Origin: Negativicutes bacterium
Lineage (GTDB): Bacteria; Bacillota; Negativicutes; UBA1444
Assembly (NCBI GenBank): GCA_963665275.2
Contig: CAXXIN010000014.1
Location: 5,430-69,429, forward strand
Length of the DNA: 64,000 bases
Reading direction: 5' to 3'
The translations under genes were made by a program, and so were the position numbers. This document shows positions 30,655-39,707 of the stretch, in pieces. A model generated the notes under the pieces. It did not search any database, was not told where the DNA came from, and saw nothing but the letters and a program-made list of their open reading frames with translations. How positions within the stretch are numbered: position 1 is the first letter of the stretch; each line of letters starts with the position of its first letter.

Positions 30655-31358
30655 TGCTAAAGGTCGAAAATATTAATGTATATTATGGAGCCATTCATGC
30701 ACTCAAGGGAATTACCGTCGAAGTGAAGGAAGGCGAGATCGTCACGCTGATTGGCGCCAACGGTGCAGGGAAAAGTACGATTTTGCGAACGATATCCGGC
30801 CTTTTGAGAGCCAAGACCGGCGATATCAAATTCGAAGGAAAATCCATTGCTTCCACCGCAGCTGAAGATATTGTCTGTCGGGGGATCAGCCAGGTTCCCG
30901 AGGGACGCCGGATTTTTGCCAACATGACGGTGGAAGAAAATCTTGAGCTAGGCGCTTATATTCGAAATGACAAGAAGGGAATCCGCAAGGACATTGACAA
31001 GGTTTTTGAACGATTTTCCCGTTTGGGTGAACGCCGTTCGCAAATCGCTGGAACATTGTCCGGCGGTGAACAGCAAATGCTGGCCATCGGACGAGGATTG
31101 ATGAGCCAACCGCGCCTGATGCTATTGGATGAGCCATCCATGGGCCTTGCGCCTCTTCTGGTGAAGGAAATTTTCTCAATCATCAAGGAGATTAATGCTA
31201 GTGGGACAACGATCCTGCTCGTGGAACAGAATGCACACATGGCGCTATCAATTGCCCACAAGGCCTATGTGCTCGAAACCGGACGGATTATTCTTTCCGG
31301 CTCAGCGAAGGAACTTTCCGAGAGCGAAGAGGTTCGCAAGGCTTATCTCGGCGGTTAA
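30654..31358 (+). CDS. livF: Branched-chain amino acid ABC transporter ATP-binding protein
   Basis: Walker A GANGAGKST, signature SGGEQQMLAIG, Walker B LMLLDEP. The ATG overlaps the livG stop. Confidence 0.92.
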   Translation: MLKVENINVYYGAIHALKGITVEVKEGEIVTLIGANGAGKSTILRTISGLLRAKTGDIKFEGKSIASTAAEDIVCRGISQVPEGRRIFANMTVEENLELGAYIRNDKKGIRKDIDKVFERFSRLGERRSQIAGTLSGGEQQMLAIGRGLMSQPRLMLLDEPSMGLAPLLVKEIFSIIKEINASGTTILLVEQNAHMALSIAHKAYVLETGRIILSGSAKELSESEEVRKAYLGG

Positions 31359-31396
31359 CTACCAGATCATAAAATTGCGAAAGGGGCGACAAAGAG

Positions 31397-32041
31397 ATGT
31401 TTGTAGTAAAACGAATGACTCCCAACCCCAAGACGATTGAATCTACAGCAACAATCGCCGACGCATCGGAACTGATGCGGAATTATAAGATCAGACGGTT
31501 GCCGGTAGTGGATAACGGGACGCTGGTGGGCATCGTCACCGACCGTGACCTGCGGTCGGTATCCCCTTCACCCGCCACGACGCTATCAATATTTGAACTG
31601 AATTATCTCCTGGCAAAAATGCAAGTCAAAGATATCATGCATAAAGATGTCGTAACGATCAATGTGAGCGCAACAATCGAAGAAGCGGCATTGTCGATGT
31701 CCAACCATCATATCGCTGGACTTGTCGTTGTGGATGCAATTGGCGGCGTAGTTGGTATCATCACCGAGACCGATATTTTCAACAGTTTCGTCGAGATCAT
31801 GGGCCTTAAGGAAGGAAAAACTCGATTTACCTTCAGCGTATCGGATCAGGTTGGCGTATTGCATGAAATCACAGGGATCTTTAAAGAATTGAACATCAAC
31901 ATCAGTAGCTTGGCCACATATACCACAGATAGCGGCGGCGGCGAACTGATCATCCGCTTCAATGCGCAAGATACCACGGAACTTACGAAACGTCTGACAG
32001 CGATTGGCTATGCACCCCAGCACATCGTTCAAATTGGATGA
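31397..32041 (+). CDS. CBS-pair plus ACT domain protein (AcuB-like)
   Basis: Two CBS repeats (RRLPVVDNGTLVGIVTDRDL; AGLVVVDAIGGVVGIITETDI) and a C-terminal ACT-like segment. Confidence 0.8.
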   Translation: MFVVKRMTPNPKTIESTATIADASELMRNYKIRRLPVVDNGTLVGIVTDRDLRSVSPSPATTLSIFELNYLLAKMQVKDIMHKDVVTINVSATIEEAALSMSNHHIAGLVVVDAIGGVVGIITETDIFNSFVEIMGLKEGKTRFTFSVSDQVGVLHEITGIFKELNINISSLATYTTDSGGGELIIRFNAQDTTELTKRLTAIGYAPQHIVQIG

Positions 32042-32057
32042 ACCCTAAAATAGTCAT

Positions 32058-32097
32058 AAAACACTGTGGACCGCACGCGGGACGCAGTGTTTTTCTT
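32058..32097 (+). terminator. Intrinsic terminator after the CBS-ACT gene
   Basis: acactg...cagtgt stem followed by tttttcttt. Confidence 0.6.
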
Positions 32098-32183
32098 TGC
32101 CGTAACAGTAAAGAATGTTGTACAATAAGAGACGGAATTCAAGTATGGTCATGGTACATAGCGAGGAAAGGAGGCGGGACGGC

Positions 32184-33209
32184 ATGAAATTGACTAATTT
32201 CACGAAAAGGGGCGGTTGAGCTGCTAAAATAGGGCCGGGTGCCCTATCCGACGTTCTCGCCAAACTGCCGCCGATTCACGACCCTAGAGTACTTGTCGGG
32301 ATCGACACTTCCGATGATGCCGGCGTATATCTTCTAAACGATGAAACGGCGTTGATCCAGACCCTCGATTTCTTCACGCCGATTGTTGATGACCCGTATC
32401 TGTTCGGTCAAATCGCGGCAGCCAACAGTCTCAGCGATGTCTACGCCATGGGTGGCAAACCATTGACAGCCATGAATATTGTCACTTTTCCTGTGTGCCG
32501 TCTGGATGCAGAGGTTTTACTTGCCATACTCAGCGGTGGTCAGCAGAAGATTGCGGAGGCCGGCGCGGTGATGGTCGGCGGACACACCATTGACGACGAC
32601 GAGCCCAAGTACGGGCTCAGTGTGACAGGCACGGTTCATCCGTCCAGAATCCTGACCAATGCTGGCGCACAGGTTGGCGATGCCTTGATTCTGACCAAAG
32701 CCATCGGCACCGGCGTGCTATACACCGCTCTACGGGCGGAGCTTTTCGCGGACGGCGTGACCGCCGCAGCCCAAAGCATGGCGCAACTGAACCGATATGC
32801 GGCGGAAGTCATGGAAAAATACACGGTGCACTCTTGCACCGATATCACTGGGTTTGGTCTACTCGGCCATGCCTATGAAATGTCCTCTGCCAGCGGCGTG
32901 GAGCTGCAAATCGACAGCGGGGCGATTCCGTTGTTGCCGGATGCTGCTGCTGCCGCCACGATGGGCCTTGTTCCGGCAGGGGCATATGCCAATCGGGAAT
33001 ATCTGAAGCTGATCTTTTTTGATTCGGGTGTGCCGGTGAATATTCAGGACCTGTTGTTCGATCCGCAAACCTCGGGAGGGTTGCTGATTAGTTTGCCATC
33101 TGAGCAGGCGGAATCAATCGTACAGGAAATGAAATCAGCCGGAGTTGCTGCGGCAACCTGCATCGGAAGAGTCGTCAAGAAAGGGAAAGGACAAATCAAT
33201 GTCAAATGA
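32184..33209 (+). CDS. selD: Selenide, water dikinase SelD with in-frame UGA (selenocysteine) at 32217-32219
   Basis: ATG at 32184 after the RBS aggaaaggagg. MKLTNFTKRGG-UGA-AAKIGPGALSDVL is in the same frame as ORF 32352..33209. The UGA sits at the catalytic Cys/Sec position of the glycine-rich N-terminal loop. Confidence 0.9.
32229..32247 (+). promoter_or_regulatory. Putative bacterial SECIS hairpin
   Basis: atagggc / gccctat 7-bp stem with loop cgggt, starting 9 nt after the UGA. Confidence 0.55.
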
Positions 33210-33822
33210 AAAGGAACAAAATAATACGACACTGGATTGCCGGGGACTTGCCTGCCCCCAGCCGGTAATTTTGACGAAAAAAGCGCTTGATCAGCGGCCC
33301 GAAGCGCTGACCGTAATCGTGGACAATGCTGCCGCGAAAGAGAACGTTGCCAAATTTGCTTCAGCCGGCGGATATGGCGTAAGCATCGAAGCGGCGGGCG
33401 GGCTATATCATGTCAGGATGCTCGCGGGAACGAACATTGCTCAGCCAACAGCTCCTGCGCCCGCGACAGAATTGTCAGCGACAGACGAACGACCGGTTTT
33501 TTTGATTTCCAAGGACACGCTGGGCCATGGGAGTGACACGCTCGGCGCAATATTGATCAAATCCTTCTTTGTTTCCCTGCTGGAAACGAATCCTTTGCCA
33601 AAAACGATCATGCTGATTAATTCCGGTGTGTATCTTGCAGCGCAGGAATCACCCGTTTTACCGGCGATGCAGGAACTCTCCGGTAGAGGGGTAAACATTC
33701 TGGTTTGCGGCACTTGCCTCGACTATTTCGAACTCAAGGAAAAATTGGCGGTAGGATCGGTGACTAATATGTACTCCATTCTGAACGAACTTACAGGATC
33801 AAGTTGCGCCATTACGTTATGA
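33199..33822 (+). CDS. yedF: Selenium metabolism protein YedF (TusA/SirA-like plus DsrE-like domains)
   Basis: MSNEKEQNNTTLDCRGLACPQPVILTKKAL carries the CPxP motif. Overlaps the selD end by 11 nt. Confidence 0.85.
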   Translation: MSNEKEQNNTTLDCRGLACPQPVILTKKALDQRPEALTVIVDNAAAKENVAKFASAGGYGVSIEAAGGLYHVRMLAGTNIAQPTAPAPATELSATDERPVFLISKDTLGHGSDTLGAILIKSFFVSLLETNPLPKTIMLINSGVYLAAQESPVLPAMQELSGRGVNILVCGTCLDYFELKEKLAVGSVTNMYSILNELTGSSCAITL

Positions 33823-34070
33823 ACCGACTGATCGTCTTTGATTCCGTGCATCATGCGATCCGGGTCGAACGCTTGCTGCAGCAGGTGGGAATCGCGGTGG
33901 AGATGATCCCGACTCCGCGGGAAATAACAGCCAGCTGCGGACAAAGCGTTGCTTTCAACGATACTGACGCTGAAGTCGTCCAGCGGGTTCTGGGACAGGA
34001 AAAAATACAATTTCGTGGCGTTTATTCATCGTCGGCTGAGAGTAGAAGATATGAACTGCTCTGGCGATAA
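33819..34070 (+). CDS. DUF3343 family protein (putative Se/S carrier)
   Basis: MNRLIVFDSVHHAIRVERLLQQVGIAVEMIPTPREITASCG. ATGA overlap with yedF, its usual partner. Confidence 0.7.
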   Translation: MNRLIVFDSVHHAIRVERLLQQVGIAVEMIPTPREITASCGQSVAFNDTDAEVVQRVLGQEKIQFRGVYSSSAESRRYELLWR

Positions 34071-34113
34071 GCAAGCAGCGTTAATAGCGAACTAGAGGGA
34101 GAACGGGTGAAAT

Positions 34114-34311
34114 ATGCCGATCAAATTGGAGCTGGGCGATATCGCCAAAATGAAGAAAGCTCATCCCTGCGGCTCCGACCGCTGGGAAATCGTTCGTACC
34201 GGCATGGACATCGGTATCAAGTGCCTGGGGTGTGGACGCCGCGTCCTCGTTCCCCGGCCAAAATTTGAGAAGGCGCTGAAAACGCTGGAAACGAAGAAGG
34301 AGAATCCATAA
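34114..34311 (+). CDS. DUF951 family small protein
   Basis: 65 aa with CxxD...CLGCGRR zinc-ribbon-like cysteines, directly upstream of ychF as in Bacillus. Confidence 0.75.
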   Translation: MPIKLELGDIAKMKKAHPCGSDRWEIVRTGMDIGIKCLGCGRRVLVPRPKFEKALKTLETKKENP

Positions 34312-35418
34312 ATGAGCACTTCACTTGAAGTTGGTATCGTCGGTTTACCCAATGTAGGCAAAAGCACCCTGTTCAATGCTATTACCAAAGCCGGGGCGGA
34401 GGCTGCCAACTATCCCTTCTGCACGATTGAGCCCAACGTCGGCATTGTGGAAGTGCCTGACGAGCGGTTGTGGAAGTTGGCCGAAATGTTCAATCCCAAA
34501 AAAACGACACCTACAGCGATGAAGTTCGTGGATATCGCGGGCCTGGTAAAAGGCGCCTCCACCGGCGAGGGTCTTGGCAACAAGTTTCTCGCCCATATCC
34601 GCGAAGTGGATGCCGTGTTGCAAGTCGTGCGCTGCTTCGCCGACGACAACGTCACCCATGTGGAAGGCGGCATCGATCCGTTGCGGGATATTGAAATCAT
34701 CAATACGGAGTTGTGCCTGGCCGACATCGAAACAGTGGAGAAACGAATCCCCAAATCCCAGCGCCTGTTGAAAAGCGGCGACAAGAAGATTTTGGGCGAA
34801 ATGGAACTGTTGAAGCGAATTCTGGGTGAGCTCTCCGAAGGCAAACCGGCGCGGCGGCAAGGACTGACGGCGGAAGAGCTTGAGAGTGTGCGCGACATGA
34901 ATCTGCTGACACTGAAACCGATCATGTACGTGGCGAACGTCGGAGAAGACGAAGTCGGTGCAGGCGTGGCGAATGCCGGGGTGGAAATAATCCGCAAATA
35001 CAGCAGAGAAGAAAACTCTGAAGTCGTCGTTATCTCAGCCCGTATTGAATCGGAAATCGCCGAATTGTCGGAAGAGGAATCGAAGGCGTTTTTGGAGGAG
35101 CTTGGTTTACCGGAAAGCGGCCTGGCTCAACTAATCAAAGCCTCGTATAAACTGCTGGGGCTGATGCACTTCTTCACGGCTGGTGAACCAGAAGTTCGTG
35201 CCTGGACCATTCGCAGGGGAACCAAGGCGCCACAGGCGGCCGGCAAGATCCACACTGACATTGAACGAGGTTTCATCCGGGCGGAAATCGTCAACTTTGA
35301 CGACCTGGTGGCTTGCGGCAGTCAGAATGCAGCCCGTGAAAAAGGACTGGTACGTCTGGAAGGCAAGGAATATGAGATGAAAGATGGCGATGTCGTTTAT
35401 TTCCGCTTTAATGTGTAA
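34312..35418 (+). CDS. ychF: Redox-regulated ATPase YchF
   Basis: GIVGLPNVGKSTLFNA G1 motif, 368 aa, TGS-like C-terminus. Confidence 0.95.
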   Translation: MSTSLEVGIVGLPNVGKSTLFNAITKAGAEAANYPFCTIEPNVGIVEVPDERLWKLAEMFNPKKTTPTAMKFVDIAGLVKGASTGEGLGNKFLAHIREVDAVLQVVRCFADDNVTHVEGGIDPLRDIEIINTELCLADIETVEKRIPKSQRLLKSGDKKILGEMELLKRILGELSEGKPARRQGLTAEELESVRDMNLLTLKPIMYVANVGEDEVGAGVANAGVEIIRKYSREENSEVVVISARIESEIAELSEEESKAFLEELGLPESGLAQLIKASYKLLGLMHFFTAGEPEVRAWTIRRGTKAPQAAGKIHTDIERGFIRAEIVNFDDLVACGSQNAAREKGLVRLEGKEYEMKDGDVVYFRFNV

Positions 35419-35538
35419 ATTTAACTTCGGGGTTGCTTTCCCGCAGCCGTTGTTATAAAATAAATAAGCCTGAACACTCGGGCATTTACTCCCCTGCCCC
35501 AAAGAGGGGCCGATAGTCCAAAGGAGGAGGTGAACCTG

Positions 35539-35823
35539 TTGAGAAAGTATGAACTCGTATTCATCATCAAACCGATGGAAGAAGAAGCAACACAAGCGGT
35601 GGTCGCCAAGTTTGAAACCTTGGTAACGAACAATGGTGGCACGATCGAGAAGATCGACCGCTGGGGCAAACGCCGTCTGGCCTATCTGGTGAAAGATTTC
35701 ACCGATGGCTACTACTGCATCTTCCACTTCACCGGCAAGCCCGAAACAGTAGCTGAACTGAATCGCGTGATGAAGATTACCGACGACATCTTGCGGCACT
35801 TGATCGTAAAAGAAGATGAATAG
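35539..35823 (+). CDS. rpsF: 30S ribosomal protein S6
   Basis: TTG start 8 nt after ggaggagg gives MRKYELVFIIKP... Confidence 0.93.
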   Translation: MRKYELVFIIKPMEEEATQAVVAKFETLVTNNGGTIEKIDRWGKRRLAYLVKDFTDGYYCIFHFTGKPETVAELNRVMKITDDILRHLIVKEDE

Positions 35824-35839
35824 TCGGGAGGTCTGATCC

Positions 35840-36241
35840 ATGAACAAGGTGTTTTTACTGGGAAGATTAGTGCGGGATCCGGAAATCCGGACTACGCAGA
35901 GCGGAAAAATGGTCACGACGTTCACTCTGGCCGTGGACCGATTTGGTGGCGGCAAAGACAACGCCGACTTTATCACCATCGTAACATGGGATAAATTGGC
36001 CGAGAACTGTGGCAACAGCTTGACCAAAGGGCAACGTGCCTTGGTTGAAGGCCGCCTGCAAATCCGCAGCTTCGAAGGAAAAGATGGCCAAAAACGTTGG
36101 GTCACCGAGATCGTTGCCCAGTCAGTGGAGTTCCTGGAACGCCGTAGTAGCGTACCGGCCACTGAAAGCAGCAACGTACCCCATGACGCGGCAACCCAGT
36201 TCGGGCAAGACGTGGCGCCGGATGATGAGATTCCATTCTGA
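35840..36241 (+). CDS. ssb: Single-stranded DNA-binding protein
   Basis: [19 protein letters not shown]-fold start and an acidic tail ending DDEIPF. Confidence 0.93.
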   Translation: MNKVFLLGRLVRDPEIRTTQSGKMVTTFTLAVDRFGGGKDNADFITIVTWDKLAENCGNSLTKGQRALVEGRLQIRSFEGKDGQKRWVTEIVAQSVEFLERRSSVPATESSNVPHDAATQFGQDVAPDDEIPF

Positions 36242-36261
36242 TGCAAGGAGGGTTCAGTAAA

Positions 36262-36492
36262 GTGAGACGGGAAAAAGGAAGACGACCCCGCAAAAAAGTC
36301 TGCAGTTTTTGCGTGGATAAAATTGACTCCATCAACTATAAAGAAATTGGCCGATTGCAGCGGTATGTCAGCGAACGGGGGAAGATTCTTCCTCGGCGGA
36401 TTTCTGGCAACTGTGCTAAACATCAGCGTCAAGTGACACTTGCCGTTAAACGGGCTCGCAGTATTGCACTGCTGCCTTTCACGACGGAGTAA
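36262..36492 (+). CDS. rpsR: 30S ribosomal protein S18
   Basis: GTG at 36262, 9 nt after aaggaggg. [22 protein letters not shown]... Confidence 0.93.
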   Translation: MRREKGRRPRKKVCSFCVDKIDSINYKEIGRLQRYVSERGKILPRRISGNCAKHQRQVTLAVKRARSIALLPFTTE

Positions 36493-36517
36493 GTTGAAAC
36501 GCCGGACAGGCAATGAA

Positions 36518-36553
36518 ATGAGAGGCCGTTTTTTCGGTCGCTCATTTTTTTTC
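36518..36553 (+). terminator. Intrinsic terminator of rpsF-ssb-rpsR
   Basis: atgagaggccg / cggtcgctcat stem then a T8 run. Confidence 0.7.
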
Positions 36554-36666
36554 TTTCCAGAATAGAATGGCGAATATCCCGGTAAACTAACACATAGGAG
36601 TATCTCTCGGCAGGAAACTGACAGTATTGGGCGAATTCCTTTCCGTATTGATAAATGAGGTGAACT

Positions 36667-37650
36667 ATGAGTACTTCCCGCGTGAAACCGATGGTTGAGG
36701 GTGGAATTCTATCTGCCGTTGCCATTCTGTTTGCATTGATCAGCGTATACATTCCTTTTATCGGCGCCTTTGTCAATCTGATCTGGCCGGTTCCCATCAT
36801 TCTTTTGGGTGTACGGCATGGTTACAAGTGGAGCCTAATGGCAACGGTTGTCGCCGGGATACTGATCGCCATTCTGCTTCATCCGCTGCATGCAATCGGG
36901 GTGGCCGTTGGCTTCGGGTTAACCGGAATTGTTCTTGGTCATTGCTTTCGCAAGGGTTTTTCTCCAGTTACCTCTGTTCTGTTGGGGGCGGTGGCCTCTC
37001 TGGTTTCAAAAATCATTGTTTTGTCCATTAGCGCGGTCGTTCTGAATATCAACCCATTGGCGGATCAATCCGAAGCGATGGCTAAGGCGGTAGATCAGGC
37101 GATCAACATATATCGAAATTTTGGCTTAAAAGAGGCGGAGCTTTCCCAAGTCTCAGAAAGTATGCACGGGATGCTTTCGATGATGAAACTGATTCTTCCA
37201 GCTGGGTTTGCGATGGCCTCCGTGGTGGACACGTTTCTCAATTTTGTGGTTGCCAGAGCCGTGCTGCGGAAACTAGGCCACAATATCGCTGCGTTTCCGG
37301 CATTTTCCGTTTGGACGCTGTCGCCGGCAATTCTGTATGCGTTCATTGTTTCGATGTTGTTAATCTACTGGGGTAAAAGCCGTGAGCTGGAAATGCTTGC
37401 AAACGCCGGACTTAACCTGCAAGTCGCCACTAGCATGCTGCTCATGCTTCAGGGGCTTTCGGTCGTCTTCTTTTATGCCGCAAAACATGGGTTGCCCAAG
37501 TTCCTCCGCTGGTTGTTTGTGACCCTCGTTTTCACCAATGGGTTTATTATGCAAGCCGTTGTGTTTCTCGGGGCATTTGAGATTGCGCTCGACATTCGTA
37601 AATTGCGTCGTCCCTTGCCGCCTCCAGAAAAAACTGATGCGGGAGAATAG
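36667..37650 (+). CDS. DUF2232 (YybS-like) polytopic membrane protein
   Basis: 327 aa with multiple TM segments, upstream of the DHH phosphoesterase as in Bacillus yybS-yybT. Confidence 0.75.
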   Translation: MSTSRVKPMVEGGILSAVAILFALISVYIPFIGAFVNLIWPVPIILLGVRHGYKWSLMATVVAGILIAILLHPLHAIGVAVGFGLTGIVLGHCFRKGFSPVTSVLLGAVASLVSKIIVLSISAVVLNINPLADQSEAMAKAVDQAINIYRNFGLKEAELSQVSESMHGMLSMMKLILPAGFAMASVVDTFLNFVVARAVLRKLGHNIAAFPAFSVWTLSPAILYAFIVSMLLIYWGKSRELEMLANAGLNLQVATSMLLMLQGLSVVFFYAAKHGLPKFLRWLFVTLVFTNGFIMQAVVFLGAFEIALDIRKLRRPLPPPEKTDAGE

Positions 37651-37653
37651 CTG

Positions 37654-39258
37654 ATGAACGAAAAAAGAAGTTATCGCCAGTCGCCGCCTTCATCCCAATT
37701 ATTGCCGTCGCAAGCGCCGCTCGTTCAAGGTGAGGTCGCTCAACCCCGTTTCGGACCCGACGATTTGCCTGAACCCGGACCGGTTTGTTCCTCAGGGGAC
37801 AAGGGCAGTGCCCTAAATGAGGCGGTTTTTGCCTTCATCCAGATTGACAACCTGGAGGATGTGCTTCAGGGGATGGATGAGAACCAACGAAATGCGCTGC
37901 AAACGGAAACTCACCAGCATTTGCTGACATGGTGCGGTCACCTGAATGGATTCCTCCGCAAGTATTCCGAAGATATGTACATGGCGATATTTTCTCGCCA
38001 TGATTTGGACCAGATGATCAGCGAAAAATTCGACATTTTGGACGAAGTACGGGCTCTGAGGGTCGGCAATAAGTTGCCGGTTACTCTCAGCATGGGAGTC
38101 GCCGCCAGCGGGATGACTATGAGCGAACGGGGGCAAAAAGCGCAGACCGGCCTTGATTTGGCCCTTGGTCGCGGCGGCGATCAGGCGGCGGTGTATGTCA
38201 ACGACGAGGTCCAGTTCTACGGAGGCAAAGCCAAAGTAATGGAAAAAAATACTCGAGTGAAAGCTCGAGTTGTCGCTCATGCGATTCGGGAACTCATGCA
38301 GGAAGCCACAGACGTAATGATCATGGGACATGAGGGAGAAGATTTCGACTGCCTCGGCTCGGCGATGGGAGTAGCCCGTATGGCTGCTCACTTAGGGAAA
38401 ACAGTGAATATCGTTGTGGGCGTGGTGGCCATGTCCTTCGAGAAATTGCAGGAATTACTGCCGGACTATGCTGAATACGGCGGGTTGTTTTTGACAGCAG
38501 AGCAGGCACTGCAACGGGTTACGCCAAAGACATTGCTGTTTGTAGTGGATACGCACCGCGTTTTTTTGACAGCAGCGCCAAGGCTGCTTGACATCGTTGA
38601 CCGCAGGGTGGTCATTGATCACCACCGCCGATCAGAAGATTTTATCCCGTCTCCAATGATTGTTTATCTGGAGCCGTCTGCGTCTTCGACCAGTGAGCTG
38701 GTGACGGAGTTGCTGACGTATTTCGATGAAAAGATTGAACTTACCCGGTTGGAGGCGTCGGCGCTGTTTGCCGGCATTGTAGTGGATACGAAAAACTTCG
38801 CCGTTCAGACCGGGGTGAGGACCTTTGAGGCGGCAGCCTATCTTCGTCGCTCTGGTGCAGATCCGGCAATCGTGCGACATCTGTTCATGGTCGACATGGA
38901 AACTTTGAAGCTTCGTGCTGCTATCTTGGCAGAGTCGCAGAGCCTTTCAGGCGGAGCGGTCATCGCAGTCTGCCCTTCCGAAGTAAAGAATGGCCAGATT
39001 ATTTCCGCTCAGGCAGCTGATACGATGTTGACGATAGAAGGCATCAGAGCCAGCTTTGTTCTGTGTCCCTCCGAGGGCGGTGTTGGAATCAGCGCGCGCT
39101 CCAATGGAGATGTCAATGTTCAGGTGATCATGGAAGCTTTTGGTGGCGGCGGACATCAAACAGTGGCCGGCGCATATATTGACGGCGTAGATCTTGCTGA
39201 AGCCCGTAAGCGATTGGAAGCGGTTATTGCTGACTATATTGGAGAGGAGAATGAATAA
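37654..39258 (+). CDS. DHH/DHHA1 phosphoesterase, GdpP-like (c-di-AMP phosphodiesterase family)
   Basis: Degenerate GGDEF-like region, DHH motif (VVIDHHRR), DHHA1 GGGGHQTVAG. No N-terminal TM segment or PAS domain was seen. Confidence 0.8.
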   Translation: MNEKRSYRQSPPSSQLLPSQAPLVQGEVAQPRFGPDDLPEPGPVCSSGDKGSALNEAVFAFIQIDNLEDVLQGMDENQRNALQTETHQHLLTWCGHLNGFLRKYSEDMYMAIFSRHDLDQMISEKFDILDEVRALRVGNKLPVTLSMGVAASGMTMSERGQKAQTGLDLALGRGGDQAAVYVNDEVQFYGGKAKVMEKNTRVKARVVAHAIRELMQEATDVMIMGHEGEDFDCLGSAMGVARMAAHLGKTVNIVVGVVAMSFEKLQELLPDYAEYGGLFLTAEQALQRVTPKTLLFVVDTHRVFLTAAPRLLDIVDRRVVIDHHRRSEDFIPSPMIVYLEPSASSTSELVTELLTYFDEKIELTRLEASALFAGIVVDTKNFAVQTGVRTFEAAAYLRRSGADPAIVRHLFMVDMETLKLRAAILAESQSLSGGAVIAVCPSEVKNGQIISAQAADTMLTIEGIRASFVLCPSEGGVGISARSNGDVNVQVIMEAFGGGGHQTVAGAYIDGVDLAEARKRLEAVIADYIGEENE

Positions 39259-39260
39259 CG

Positions 39261-39707
39261 ATGAAAGTGATTTTACTGCAGGAAGTTAAGAAACTCGGCA
39301 AAAAGGGAGACGTATTGGAGGTTGCCGAAGGATATGCGCGCAATTTCTTGCTACCTCGCAAGCTGGCAGCCCAAGCGACCCCGGATACAATGAATCAAAT
39401 GCAGCAACAAAAAAATGCAACTGCAGACCGCCAGAAACGCCAGCTGGAAGAGGCTCGGCTCATGGCCGCTCAACTCGGCCAAATTGAAGTAAAAGTGAAG
39501 GCAAAAGCAGGCGAAGGTGGAAAATTGTTTGGTGCTGTAACCACAAAAGATATTGCAGATGCAGCGAAACTCCAGCATGGGCTCGAACTTGACCGGCGGA
39601 AGATGGAAATTACTGAGCCGATAAAAAATTTGGGACCGTCTTCTGTTGTCATGAAAATACATCCAGAAGTGACAGCGGAAATCAAAGTCCAAGTGATTGG
39701 AGAATAA
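39261..39707 (+). CDS. rplI: 50S ribosomal protein L9
   Basis: MKVILLQEVKKLGKKGDVLEVAEGYARNFL. Confidence 0.95.
   Translation: MKVILLQEVKKLGKKGDVLEVAEGYARNFLLPRKLAAQATPDTMNQMQQQKNATADRQKRQLEEARLMAAQLGQIEVKVKAKAGEGGKLFGAVTTKDIADAAKLQHGLELDRRKMEITEPIKNLGPSSVVMKIHPEVTAEIKVQVIGE

Noticed and set aside
35131-36513. 460-aa minus-strand ORF. Similar long antisense ORFs occur at 9044..9697, 26755..27684, 41789..42637, 52957..53823 and 55197..56501.
   Set aside because: They lie antisense to well-supported genes (ychF, rpsF, ssb, rpsR and others). Their translations are low-complexity and Arg/Pro/Ser-rich, which marks them as shadow ORFs in GC-rich coding DNA.
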